From contig JAUYJC010000630.1 of assembly GCA_030688735.1 (NCBI GenBank), positions 2,262 through 66,261 of the forward strand: a DNA stretch of 64,000 bases, given 5' to 3'. Position numbers and translations under genes: made by a program. Of this stretch, positions 1 through 8,742 are shown piece after piece; position 1 is the stretch's first letter; the number at the start of each line of letters is the position of its first letter. The notes beneath the pieces were generated by a model. The model had not been told where the DNA came from, did not search any database, and was given only the letters and a program-made list of their open reading frames with translations. Source of the DNA: Deltaproteobacteria bacterium. Lineage in GTDB: Bacteria > Desulfobacterota > Binatia > UBA9968.

Positions 1-131
1 AATCAACGCAACTGTTTGCGGAGCCCCTCGAAAGGGACCCGCTACATCTATGCGACCGTGTAGTGCTTGCTGTGGGAACAACCCATGATCTACCTACCGG
101 AGAGAAGGCAGAGAAAGCCTACCACAACTTG

Positions 132-1877
132 CTATTCGGTAGTGCCTTCCAACAGGTATTTGGCCACCTTACGGACGAAGTTGCGACCATTTACTGTCTT
201 CAAGGGAGAGCCAGGGTCGAGTACGGCGACATCATTGAGGAAAACATCCGGCCCCTCTTCTTCGAGGAAGCGCATGATGTCGGCGGGAATCATGTTCCTG
301 GCTGATTCGGCAAACTCTGCGGGGGTGGTTTTGCCACCTTGCACTGCCGCTTCCATGAACCGGACCGCCAACTTGACCTCATCCGGCTCGGGGCGTCTTG
401 CCATTTTCTCCTGTGCCTGCTGAATCTCGATGACCTGCTCTCGGGTGAGATCGTGGACGAGCCCGTGCTCGTCGCGGACCTGAATTCGGCCATCGGGGGT
501 TTGGTAGGGCTGCCCCACGGGGGGCAATGCTGCCAACTGGGTCTGGGCCTGCGGCGCCGCCGCCAACTGCGCGGGTGCTGGTGGGCCGCCGATGATGCGC
601 TGGATGGCTTCTGGATTTTCCATGACCGTTTGCGCCAGAGATTCGTACCACTTGGGTCGCTCCTCCTCGTTGCCACCGAAGACGCCGTGGAGTTGTTGGT
701 ACACGCTCGTCATCTCGACGGCTTGATCGGCAACGGATTTGTCTTTTCGGGCTCGAAGCTCACCGACCTCAGCCTCGGTCTTGCCGAGATCGCGGTTGAG
801 CTTGTCGATCTCGGACTTGAGCCCATCAATTCGGGTCTCGTAGGCCAACTTGGTGGTTTCGAGCTGCCCTTGGTGGGAGCGTTGCAGGTTGTCGATCTCC
901 CGCAGGTGTGACTGTTCTAGGCGGTTGATCTCAGCGGCTCGCAGCACTTCCTCTCGCTTGAGGTCTTCGCGATGATTCTCGCGAAGCTGCCGGGTTTCGG
1001 AGTCGTGCTGAGCCCGAAGTGACTCGACACGCCCTGACTCCTGTCCCCACATGGACTTCATCAAGTCGGTGGAGCCATCGGGTTTGCTGCCTTGCTCGGC
1101 GATGTACTTGAGTAGTTGCGTGTCCTTCTCGGTGAGCTTGGTCTGCAACTGAGTCACCTGCGCCACGAGCGGATTCATCATCGTCTGAATCAGCGCGAGG
1201 GTTTCGCCATTGCTGCCGTTGCCATTGCGTCGACCCTCCTGTGCCATCTGTTGCGCGAAGTCAAACGCACGACTGCCAAGCCCGCCATCCTCTTCGCCCT
1301 TGGTCCGGGGACCACCAAGCATGACGCCATCCACAATGGGGTGCCCGGGGATCTTCACTGTGCGACTCTTGAAATAGACCATTCGACCTTGCTCGTCAGG
1401 TCGCATGACCTGAACGGAATACGTTCCGCCACCATTGGTGAGCTTGATATCGTCCTCAGTGAGCATTTCATCGTATTGATCGATGTATCCACCGATCTCA
1501 ACAATGTCCCCGTTTGCATCGCGAACCTTGTCGGGCTTGCGTCGCTCAAGCTTGACCTTGAAGTTGTCGTGAACTCCGAGGGAGTCGAGCCACGACTGCA
1601 AGGTCTGATCGCCACGCTCGATCATCTCCTTTTGACGACGGGTTGTGGTGCGCCTGGGAATGGGTGTGACAGTGGCGATTCCATCATCGTCTTCTTCGAT
1701 CTCTGGCATTTCTTCCTCTTCTTCCTCTTCGGTTTCTTCGACTTCAACCACCTCGATAGGCGAGTCGGTCTTACTCGTCTTCCGCCGACGCTTCTTCTTC
1801 TTTAGTGGCATTTTCTTCTCTAGTTTTTCCAGCTCCGTCGTCGTCATTGTCGGAATCGTCGGCATCTTCGTCCTCAT
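132..1877 (-). CDS. coiled-coil protein with basic/poly-Glu N-terminus (possible scaffold or internal virion protein)
   Basis: 581-aa ORF. KKKKRRRK then a poly-Glu run, followed by a long Q/E/R/L-rich heptad-like middle. Start ambiguous: 1877, 1865 (GAGGA upstream) or 1811. Confidence 0.6.
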   Translation of the reverse strand: MRTKMPTIPTMTTTELEKLEKKMPLKKKKRRRKTSKTDSPIEVVEVEETEEEEEEEMPEIEEDDDGIATVTPIPRRTTTRRQKEMIERGDQTLQSWLDSLGVHDNFKVKLERRKPDKVRDANGDIVEIGGYIDQYDEMLTEDDIKLTNGGGTYSVQVMRPDEQGRMVYFKSRTVKIPGHPIVDGVMLGGPRTKGEEDGGLGSRAFDFAQQMAQEGRRNGNGSNGETLALIQTMMNPLVAQVTQLQTKLTEKDTQLLKYIAEQGSKPDGSTDLMKSMWGQESGRVESLRAQHDSETRQLRENHREDLKREEVLRAAEINRLEQSHLREIDNLQRSHQGQLETTKLAYETRIDGLKSEIDKLNRDLGKTEAEVGELRARKDKSVADQAVEMTSVYQQLHGVFGGNEEERPKWYESLAQTVMENPEAIQRIIGGPPAPAQLAAAPQAQTQLAALPPVGQPYQTPDGRIQVRDEHGLVHDLTREQVIEIQQAQEKMARRPEPDEVKLAVRFMEAAVQGGKTTPAEFAESARNMIPADIMRFLEEEGPDVFLNDVAVLDPGSPLKTVNGRNFVRKVAKYLLEGTTE

Positions 1878-2262
1878 CTTCGAGGGTGATTTCCTCGATA
1901 AGTTGGGCTGCCATCACAGCAGCGCGTTCGTAGCTCTCTTTGGCTTGGGTGAGCTTCTTCGCAAGCAGCTCGTCATCAATCTTGATGTCTTCGACGATCA
2001 AGCAAAGCGCAGCGCCAAGCTCCAAAGCGCCGATGATGGTCTTCGCAGTGTCCTCGTGGATGAGTTCGCCACTATCCTCGATGAGATCGACGAGCATCTT
2101 CTCGTGCTCGTCGGCCTTGTCCGAGACGACTTCAATGAAGCCATCGAAGAGCGAGAGGATCTCATCATTGATGAGGGACCTCATCGTGTTGTCCAGCGGC
2201 ATCTTCGCCACTCGCTTCTTCAACAGCGTCACGTCCGCTCGGATTTGCTGAAACTCTTGCAT
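1771..2262 (-). CDS. acidic hypothetical protein
   Basis: 163-aa ORF with an Asp/Glu-rich C-terminal tail. It overlaps both neighbours, so the true start may be an internal ATG (2202 or 2184). Confidence 0.5.
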   Translation of the reverse strand: MQEFQQIRADVTLLKKRVAKMPLDNTMRSLINDEILSLFDGFIEVVSDKADEHEKMLVDLIEDSGELIHEDTAKTIIGALELGAALCLIVEDIKIDDELLAKKLTQAKESYERAAVMAAQLIEEITLEDEDEDADDSDNDDDGAGKTREENATKEEEASAEDE

Positions 2263-2695
2263 TGTCTATCTCCCACTCGTGTTGTCGCGCTGCAAGCGCG
2301 GCCGTTTCTAGCGGCGTATACGGGTCCCAGCGGTTGCATTCCAGAATTGGAAGATCCCCGCTTAGAGAGGTCTCAGTGCCCGGGTGAGCACAACAGGTCC
2401 GAGTGATCTGAATCGGCGCATTGTGCCCAAGCTCGGCGTAGTCCTTCGGACTCGACGCCGCTTCAAACGGGTTGATGATTTTCCAGAGGTGGCGACACGG
2501 CCCTCGAACGCAGACGCCTGCATCGAAGTCCCCGAGAGGGCGCGTATCGACGGGGAAGGAGCCCGGTGCAATGCCGCCATCGGAGCCGATTGGCAAAGCA
2601 GAAGGTTCGTAACACTCGGCGATGAGGTCGTTGACGTTCTTCGTTTTGCCTTCCGGCGGAATCTTGGTGGTCATCGGCCGACACTGTAATGCCAA
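2165..2695 (-). CDS. Cys-containing hypothetical protein
   Basis: 176-aa ORF. The listed start is TTG; the ATG at 2674 is more likely. First gene leftward of the divergent intergenic region. Confidence 0.5.
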   Translation of the reverse strand: MALQCRPMTTKIPPEGKTKNVNDLIAECYEPSALPIGSDGGIAPGSFPVDTRPLGDFDAGVCVRGPCRHLWKIINPFEAASSPKDYAELGHNAPIQITRTCCAHPGTETSLSGDLPILECNRWDPYTPLETAALAARQHEWEIDNARVSANPSGRDAVEEASGEDAAGQHDEVPHQ

Positions 2696-2770
2696 ACGGC
2701 GGAAAGGCTACGGTGTTCCTGCGATATTTTTATGGTATTTTTTAGGTGTTTTTCTTGTTTATTATTGGGA

Positions 2771-3022
2771 GATTTGCCAAATGTCACTCTGAGGGCTTGA
2801 CCGATTTGCCAAAAGGGTCGCCGAAAGGGTTGATCGATTTGCCAAAAGTGTCGTCTTGGGTGGCCGAAAAATCGGCGACCTCGACCGGGCCGGCGACCTC
2901 GACCGGGCCGGCGACCGAGCCTATAGAGGATCGGCCCCCCGTGACACCTTGGCGCGCACTGACCTAATCCGCTACACCTATAAAATCAGGTACTTAGGCC
3001 AGGATCGTGACACCTTGGCGCG
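2771..3022. repeat. short direct repeats in the divergent intergenic region (candidate operator/promoter region)
   Basis: GATTTGCCAAA x3 (2771, 2803, 2836). 18-bp CGGCGACCTCGACCGGGC in tandem (2873-2920). GTGACACCTTGGCGCG x2 (2941, 3007). Confidence 0.8.
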
Positions 3023-3160
3023 ATCGGCGGTTTTGGGGCCTAATAATTCCGCGGGGTTACACTGGCCTGTGGCCTGCATATCCCTGTGATTTTTGGACCC
3101 GGGCGATTCTGCCCACCTGCAACCCCGCGAAAACACGCGGAAAACACTGAGGAGCACTAG

Positions 3161-4837
3161 ATGGCCGAAATCACATGGATAGGACCACGAGGATCATGGG
3201 CGCGGCTGGTTCGCGAGGTAGACCCGGGGCTCGGGGTAGGCGTCAAGAGCTTTCCGGGCCGCTACCTCACTAGCGGCACGCCGAGCGATCTACCTCCGGG
3301 CGCTGTGGTGCTCCGAGTAGGTGCAGGAGTAGCGCAGCTCGGAGTGGTGCGGGACGGTGCACTACGATTCGAGCCCGCCCGCTATGATTGGCGCCTGGAT
3401 AGCGCCGCGATCGTCACCCGGGCGCGCGCCCTACTTGCGGCCACCACTCCGGCCACCACTCCGGCCGCCGCTAGCGGCGTCGCAGCGTCGCTGACCGAGA
3501 TCGCCGCCGAGTCTCGGACGACGGCAGCGGTCACGGGTCGGCGCTGGATGCGCGGCGCGACGCGGCGCGGCGCGGCGCCGGTAGAGGATACCGGCGGCCG
3601 TGACACGTACCGGCGCCTAGTCCTCGCAGGCGGCGCCGCTGAGGGTAGCGGCGCGCTGACGGGCTGGGCGGGGCTCGGATCGGTACCACGCTCGCTGATC
3701 TCCGAGGCCCTTGAGGCCGCGGGGCTACCGGCCGGATGGGCCCCCGCGGCAAAGAGCGACGTAGCGCACGCTGGTCACGTCTTAGGCACGCTGAATGGCC
3801 ACGGATCGGGGCTGATCTCGCGCCGATGTGGGGCGGCAAAATGGGATCGCGGTGTCTACGAAAAACGACGTGAGTACCGCGCTCGCTGGACCGTCCAGCG
3901 AGCCATATCGACCGCTGAAGTAGGCGATCAGGGCGGCCCTGTGATCCTCACGGCCGAGCTGAGGGACGGTGACAGCACGCTACACTTAGATGGTCCGTCA
4001 GAGATGGTCGCTGAGCTGCGCGAACGCTATCTAGCGAGAATTGCAGCCGAAACCCTGAATGCGGGGGACGTGACTACCTGGCTCGCGCGCACCCTGCGCG
4101 ATCGGTGTGGCGCGGCGCGGTACGCGGTAGGCTACTACCTACCAGCCGGCGGCCGTGAGATCGCCGAGCGACTCGTAGCTGCGATGTCCGTCCGGTGGGG
4201 CGCGGGCTGGGCGAGCCCGCTCCTGCCGGTCGCGTCAGGCCCCGAGCTTGTCGCGGGGCTCGCCAGGGGATTTTTCGACGAGATCTCCAGGGTCGCGGGC
4301 TCGCTGGCGACCGCTCGCGAGGCCGCTAGGGCTGCGAGCCCACCCGCGAGCGAAATCAGTGCCGCGATAGCCGCGCGACTGCTGCGCGACCTCGGCGACG
4401 TGTCCGAGCGAGCGGACGCCTACCGTGTGCTAGTCGGCGCGGATGCGCTCGCTCCAGCGGTCGCCGAGCTAGCCAGGCTACACGCCGAGCTAACTCCCCT
4501 AGCGGACGGGGCCTCGGTCCGATTCGCCCTGCTCGAACTAGACGACTCACCGGCCGAAATTGCCGCATCCGAGCGAGTGTCGCCGGCTATCCGGGCTGCC
4601 GAGGTCGCGAGCGAGGCTAGGCGGGCTGAAGCTCCGGCCGCCACTCCGGCCGCCACTCCGGCCGCCGAGGCTGAGCGGGACACGTACCGCGCGGCACTCG
4701 CCCAGTCGGGGATGACCTCAGAAAAGTTCCGGGCCGCATGTGAAGCGTACCTCAGCGAAGATCGCAGCCCCGCGGCCTGGGTACGCGCTGCACAGATAGT
4801 CACACGTCCCTCGGGGCGAGAAATCGAGCTGGACTAG
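3161..4837 (+). CDS. Ala/Arg-rich hypothetical protein
   Basis: 558-aa ORF with GAGGAG upstream. Strongly GC-rich codons. Internal ATTPATTPAA / PAATPAATPAA repeats near both ends. Confidence 0.7.
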   Translation: MAEITWIGPRGSWARLVREVDPGLGVGVKSFPGRYLTSGTPSDLPPGAVVLRVGAGVAQLGVVRDGALRFEPARYDWRLDSAAIVTRARALLAATTPATTPAAASGVAASLTEIAAESRTTAAVTGRRWMRGATRRGAAPVEDTGGRDTYRRLVLAGGAAEGSGALTGWAGLGSVPRSLISEALEAAGLPAGWAPAAKSDVAHAGHVLGTLNGHGSGLISRRCGAAKWDRGVYEKRREYRARWTVQRAISTAEVGDQGGPVILTAELRDGDSTLHLDGPSEMVAELRERYLARIAAETLNAGDVTTWLARTLRDRCGAARYAVGYYLPAGGREIAERLVAAMSVRWGAGWASPLLPVASGPELVAGLARGFFDEISRVAGSLATAREAARAASPPASEISAAIAARLLRDLGDVSERADAYRVLVGADALAPAVAELARLHAELTPLADGASVRFALLELDDSPAEIAASERVSPAIRAAEVASEARRAEAPAATPAATPAAEAERDTYRAALAQSGMTSEKFRAACEAYLSEDRSPAAWVRAAQIVTRPSGREIELD

Positions 4838-4914
4838 CGAGCCTCAGAGCCCCGGGGCGCAAGCTCGGGGGCTGTAGGGTCCGCTGGACCGATCACATCT
4901 AAAGGAGCACACCG
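4838..4914 (+). promoter_or_regulatory. intergenic hairpin cassette, copy 1
   Basis: Stem-loop 4848-4873 (GCAA loop), conserved box GTAGGGTCCGCTGGAC 4874-4889, SD AAAGGAGCACA 4901-4911, ATG 4915. The same layout recurs at 6004 and 6865. Confidence 0.8.
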
Positions 4915-5298
4915 ATGAGCGACCGAAAATCCCTTACTCACTACATCGTGCAAACTGCATCCGCGCAGATGCCCGGCAAATGCCGGGGTCATTATCGCCG
5001 AGTGGCCGTCCTCGAAGTCCACTACGACCTCACACGAGTCTCGCAGATCTCCGACCGCGCGCGGGGCTGCGTCCGCATTGTGCAGACGTGGGAGCGTCTA
5101 TCGGTCGGGCGCACCATGAAATCTGCCTACCAGCGCGCACTGGTCGAGGCAGAGACACTCGCGGGCGCCCTCAACGCCGGGCTCCCGAAGACCCTAGCCT
5201 TCGCGGTCGCTGATCGCGCGGTCGATCTGTACAGTGACGGGATTTTTTCGCTCCCGGAGAGCCTCGAGATCGCCGTGCGGCGCGAGGGTGCCCGATGA
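4915..5298 (+). CDS. hypothetical protein
   Basis: 127-aa ORF behind cassette copy 1. Its first five codons (MSDRK) are shared with the gene at 6081. Confidence 0.7.
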   Translation: MSDRKSLTHYIVQTASAQMPGKCRGHYRRVAVLEVHYDLTRVSQISDRARGCVRIVQTWERLSVGRTMKSAYQRALVEAETLAGALNAGLPKTLAFAVADRAVDLYSDGIFSLPESLEIAVRREGAR

Positions 5299-5576
5299 CG
5301 CTCACCCCAGTACAGATCGCGGCGCTGGAAACCGCAGGCCGCGAGGTCGCCGAGGGGTGGCTGCAGTGGCCCGACCTCGACGCCGATGAAGACTATGATT
5401 TTTCGGGGGTGGGCGACTGGGAGCACGTACGAGAAGCCGCCATCGCTGCTGGCGTCGATTGGGATCCTGACTGGTCACAGCCTGACGATTCGGTCCACCG
5501 CGAGGTGTGGCAGGCCGTGAGACGCGGCTATCGCGAGAGGCTCGCCGAGGCCGAGGCCGAGATGGAGGACTACTAA
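5295..5576 (+). CDS. acidic hypothetical protein
   Basis: 93-aa ORF with an ATGA overlap to the upstream gene. Confidence 0.65.
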   Translation: MTLTPVQIAALETAGREVAEGWLQWPDLDADEDYDFSGVGDWEHVREAAIAAGVDWDPDWSQPDDSVHREVWQAVRRGYRERLAEAEAEMEDY

Positions 5577-5773
5577 TGACCGGCTGGTACTGGGACGGCG
5601 TAATCGACAGGTCCGATCTCCGTACCACCCGCGCAGCCGCCGAGGCCGACGCACAGTGGCTCCGTGGCCACCCTGCACGTCGTGATCGGCTGCGCATAGG
5701 ATGGGGGATCGTGGAGATACTGCGCGTCCGGGAGAGTGAGTGGCTCGCGGGAGAGTGGGAGGTACTCCGATGA
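5576..5773 (+). CDS. hypothetical protein
   Basis: In-frame ATG at 5576 (TAATG overlap) inside listed ORF 5507..5773; product starts MTGWYWDG. Confidence 0.55.
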   Translation: MTGWYWDGVIDRSDLRTTRAAAEADAQWLRGHPARRDRLRIGWGIVEILRVRESEWLAGEWEVLR

Positions 5774-6003
5774 CGCTCACACTCACAGCAGAGGCGCGCC
5801 TCGCGTTGGGAGAGGCTACAGCCGAGTGGATCGAGAACCACGCAATTACAGCTTTGGGGAAAAAGGAAAAATGGTTGGTCCACGACTCACAGGATGTACC
5901 CGAGAGCGTGGCCGCCGTCCTCACTCAGCGTTATGGACGGTGGAAGACTCCGTACATGGCTGAGCACGCATACTGGCCAATCGACGCTGGAGACGCCAGC
6001 TAG
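5770..6003 (+). CDS. hypothetical protein
   Basis: In-frame ATG at 5770 (ATGA overlap) inside listed ORF 5740..6003; product starts MTLTLTAEARL. Confidence 0.55.
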   Translation: MTLTLTAEARLALGEATAEWIENHAITALGKKEKWLVHDSQDVPESVAAVLTQRYGRWKTPYMAEHAYWPIDAGDAS

Positions 6004-6080
6004 CCTCGGAGCCCCGGAGCACAAGCTCCGGGGCTGTAGGGTCCGCTGGACTAATCACAACCCTAAAGGAGCACACCCAA
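6004..6080 (+). promoter_or_regulatory. intergenic hairpin cassette, copy 2
   Basis: Perfect 11-bp stem 6010-6035 (loop ACAA), box GTAGGGTCCGCTGGAC 6036-6051, SD 6065-6075, ATG 6081. Confidence 0.8.
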
Positions 6081-6365
6081 ATGAGCGACCGAAAACCCCG
6101 ATCCCTAGCCGAGCTGGCGCGCGAAGCGTTTGCCGTGCAAGACGCCTGCAATCTATCCGGCGTCGCACACGGATTCGCCCGTGCGATGGCCGATCTCTGC
6201 GATCTCGGCCTCGATACGGACACACGCAACCACCACCCGATCGCGATCCTATGGGCCGACAAAATCGCGCACCTGACGGGTACGCAGCACAATGAAATGT
6301 CGTACGTTTTTGACGCCTATGCACAGGTGAAAATTTTGATCGAAGGAGCTGATCATGCTGCGTAG
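6081..6365 (+). CDS. hypothetical protein
   Basis: 94-aa ORF behind cassette copy 2; begins MSDRK like the gene at 4915. Confidence 0.7.
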   Translation: MSDRKPRSLAELAREAFAVQDACNLSGVAHGFARAMADLCDLGLDTDTRNHHPIAILWADKIAHLTGTQHNEMSYVFDAYAQVKILIEGADHAA

Positions 6366-6864
6366 CATCCGATGCTGGGACGATCTAAAGCCGTTCGGGA
6401 TCAATTGCCTCACTGGCGAAGCGTGCGGATACGCGATGCGTCTGCTCTGCGACGTGACCGAGCGCGGGGCCGAGATTGTGGAGCGGTACCTCGGTGGTAC
6501 CGTCCAGATCAAGCGCGGCTCAAACTGGAACGGTGGAAGCTCAGACGATCCACACGTCGGATCGGTACTACTCGCGCGGGATTCGCTGATATCGCTCGGC
6601 GCCTTCTGTTTGTTGCGCACGCGTACTGATTCTGGATCAGCGATCATATTACTTAAAGAAGCGTATGGCGGCTATCTGGTCGAATACTCGGCCGAATCCC
6701 TGGAAAGTTATCGCGAGCTGTACCAGGGTCGAAATGGTGGTAACGGCTTTGAAGGTGGCGACAGCAGTGATCGGTTTGAGGCACGGATCGCGCGCTACTA
6801 CGCACGCCCGAGTGTGATGGACCCTGAGCGTCACACTCACGCGATGAGCGGCCGCACAATCTAG
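6355..6864 (+). CDS. hypothetical protein
   Basis: 169-aa ORF with GAAGGAG 7 nt upstream of the ATG. Confidence 0.7.
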   Translation: MLRSIRCWDDLKPFGINCLTGEACGYAMRLLCDVTERGAEIVERYLGGTVQIKRGSNWNGGSSDDPHVGSVLLARDSLISLGAFCLLRTRTDSGSAIILLKEAYGGYLVEYSAESLESYRELYQGRNGGNGFEGGDSSDRFEARIARYYARPSVMDPERHTHAMSGRTI

Positions 6865-6946
6865 CGAGCCTCTGAGCCTCGGAGTGCAAGCTCCGGGGCT
6901 GTAGGGTCCGCTGGACCAATTAACCCAATCAAAGGAGCACAACCCG
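6865..6946 (+). promoter_or_regulatory. intergenic hairpin cassette, copy 3
   Basis: Stem-loop 6875-6900 (GCAA loop, two positions changed to G-U pairs), box 6901-6916, SD 6931-6941, ATG 6947. Confidence 0.8.
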
Positions 6947-7306
6947 ATGCGATACCCTTACGAGCCACAAGATTACGTCCGCTGCACTTGCTGCGGTATC
7001 GATGTCCGCAACGTTCCAGGCGAAAATGTTTACCTCAATTTGCCCGATGGAAATTCTTACCCAAGTGATGACGGCTATGGCATGTGTATCGCTTGCGGAG
7101 GCGACCCTAGCGCCGATGTCAACGATACATCTGAGGCTAACATTCGCAAGCGTCTCGGCTACGGCATGATCGTTTTCTACAATGCTCGGATCGAGATCAT
7201 GGAAAGAGCACTGAACCCAGAAAACGCTGCACTATTCAAAAAACTTGATTACGCCAGCAAGATCTCTCTCGTGATTAAGGCTGTCGAGGACGGGTTAATC
7301 GTATGA
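6947..7306 (+). CDS. zinc-ribbon-like hypothetical protein
   Basis: 119-aa ORF with CTCCG...CIACGG cysteine pairs. Confidence 0.7.
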   Translation: MRYPYEPQDYVRCTCCGIDVRNVPGENVYLNLPDGNSYPSDDGYGMCIACGGDPSADVNDTSEANIRKRLGYGMIVFYNARIEIMERALNPENAALFKKLDYASKISLVIKAVEDGLIV

Positions 7307-7401
7307 AACCGGAGCGGATCAAGAAGGGTCTACCTCCGTCGTCGAGACATCGCGGGGCGAAGACTACAAACAAGTCACCGACGGTGACGAGAACTGTCTA
7401 G
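7303..7401 (+). CDS. small basic peptide (32 aa), tentative
   Basis: ATGA overlap with the upstream stop. Not in the ORF track because it is under 60 aa. It fills an otherwise empty 100-bp gap. Confidence 0.3.
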   Translation: MKPERIKKGLPPSSRHRGAKTTNKSPTVTRTV

Positions 7402-7410
7402 GAGAATAAA

Positions 7411-7707
7411 ATGGGACTAAAACCGAGAAAGCCACTACTCAACCATGAAGACATTTGCGCGGCTGTACAAGGGCACTTGAAACGAATCAAGGCCAAGGGC
7501 ATCACAGTCACTCAGAAGCCAAAGACGTTCCTTGTCTATGGGGAAGGTGACGGTTTCGCCTTCCCCTACGACTACGGAGTGACTTTGCAGCGCGAGCTGG
7601 GCAAGGTGCCCGATGGGGGCGGTAATCTGCCGGTGTGGGATGCGGTTGCGGAAATCATGATCAGGTGCTTGGATGCCAGAGACAAGGCGAGGGAGTCATG
7701 CAGCTAA
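7411..7707 (+). CDS. hypothetical protein
   Basis: 98-aa ORF with AGGAG 8 nt upstream. Confidence 0.7.
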   Translation: MGLKPRKPLLNHEDICAAVQGHLKRIKAKGITVTQKPKTFLVYGEGDGFAFPYDYGVTLQRELGKVPDGGGNLPVWDAVAEIMIRCLDARDKARESCS

Positions 7708-7958
7708 TCAAACTCACACCCGACGAACCGAGCGACCACGAGCGCAATCACTTCTTCCAAGTGCAGAATGGCACCGGAGCTATGATCGCCTTGAATCTCG
7801 GCGAAACCACGATGACCTTGAGGGTGTTCGCGCCTGGAAATGGGAACCTCGCCGCTATCTTCGACGTACCGCCGTTGCTGCAACCGGACCGCTGCGAATA
7901 CACAGTAGAAGAAATGGCGGCGCTGCTCTGGAGAGTGATCCGTGACGGAACAATTTAG
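7698..7958 (+). CDS. hypothetical protein
   Basis: In-frame ATG at 7698 with GGGAG upstream, inside listed ORF 7635..7958. Confidence 0.6.
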   Translation: MQLIKLTPDEPSDHERNHFFQVQNGTGAMIALNLGETTMTLRVFAPGNGNLAAIFDVPPLLQPDRCEYTVEEMAALLWRVIRDGTI

Positions 7959-8157
7959 GGCGTTGGTACGCAGTTACGCAGGGGCCATCGACGAGTCACG
8001 GGGAGAGGTACCTATGGGGCGTCTCTTCTGTGATCTCGACGATCACCCTGAGTTAGAAAATGACGCGGATCTAACGTGGATTATCGGCTGGATCACAGGG
8101 GCGGCGGCTGCACTCGGCATTTATCCCGAGCTTCTGATAGAAAGGTGCAGAGCATGA
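7942..8157 (+). CDS. hypothetical protein
   Basis: 71-aa ORF with a GTG start. Confidence 0.5.
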   Translation: MTEQFRALVRSYAGAIDESRGEVPMGRLFCDLDDHPELENDADLTWIIGWITGAAAALGIYPELLIERCRA

Positions 8158-8330
8158 AGAAATGTTACGAGGTGAGAAACGAAGAGGGGCTTCTAGAAGC
8201 TGCTTTTCCATACACAGAGCAAGGATTCGCCGCTGCTCAGAGCTACGTGAACGAATTGCGTGAATCGAACGGTATACGAGACGCTGTTATCGTGATTGCG
8301 AAGCTGTTACCGAAAGACGGCGACAAGTGA
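8154..8330 (+). CDS. hypothetical protein
   Basis: ATGA-overlapped ATG at 8154 inside listed ORF 8076..8330; product starts MKKCYEV. Confidence 0.55.
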   Translation: MKKCYEVRNEEGLLEAAFPYTEQGFAAAQSYVNELRESNGIRDAVIVIAKLLPKDGDK

Positions 8331-8647
8331 CCTGGCACCGCATCAATCCACTGGCCAAAGCTGAGCTTCCCGACATTGAGATCTGGCCCGATCTCCACGT
8401 TACAGTGAAATGTCGCAAATGCGGAATCCGCACGGGTCCCGAGGGCATGATCAACGATCCTGACAAGGGTGTCGTCTGCCCCAAGTGCGGGAAAAAGGCC
8501 AAAATGACCCAATGTAGCGCCGAGCAAGCGTTTTTCTATTGGTTCTGCGTGCCTGGGTGTACTCCGGTGTCCGATCCCTGCGGGCCCTATACAAGTGAGA
8601 CCGAAGCTCTTGATTCTGCAAGAGCTTTCGTTGCAGACTTAGATTGA
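8327..8647 (+). CDS. zinc-ribbon hypothetical protein
   Basis: 106-aa ORF with a GTGA-overlapped start; CRKCG...CPKCG motifs. Confidence 0.6.
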   Translation: MTWHRINPLAKAELPDIEIWPDLHVTVKCRKCGIRTGPEGMINDPDKGVVCPKCGKKAKMTQCSAEQAFFYWFCVPGCTPVSDPCGPYTSETEALDSARAFVADLD

Positions 8648-8742
8648 GAGGCCGGCCTTCCGGGTTGCCCCGGTGTCAGGGATGAGGATTAGTGCTCCTC
8701 TTCTCCTTGGCATCGGGGCTTTTTTGCACGAAGCTCCCGGGC

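Noticed and set aside
63-1805. Plus-strand ORFs (63..305, 67..423, 339..911, 1116..1805) and short minus-strand ORFs (290..676, 379..651, 1355..1615) inside gene 132..1877.
   Set aside because: They are antisense or out-of-frame shadows of the long coiled-coil gene. They have no RBS and show repetitive, biased composition.
3382-6942. Numerous antisense and alternate-frame ORFs in the GC-rich cluster (for example 3531..3839, 4420..4803, 5302..5883, 5475..5924, 5921..6292, 6249..6647).
   Set aside because: High GC suppresses stop codons. The products are Arg/Pro/Ser-rich and overlap better-supported, RBS-preceded, overlap-coupled plus-strand genes.
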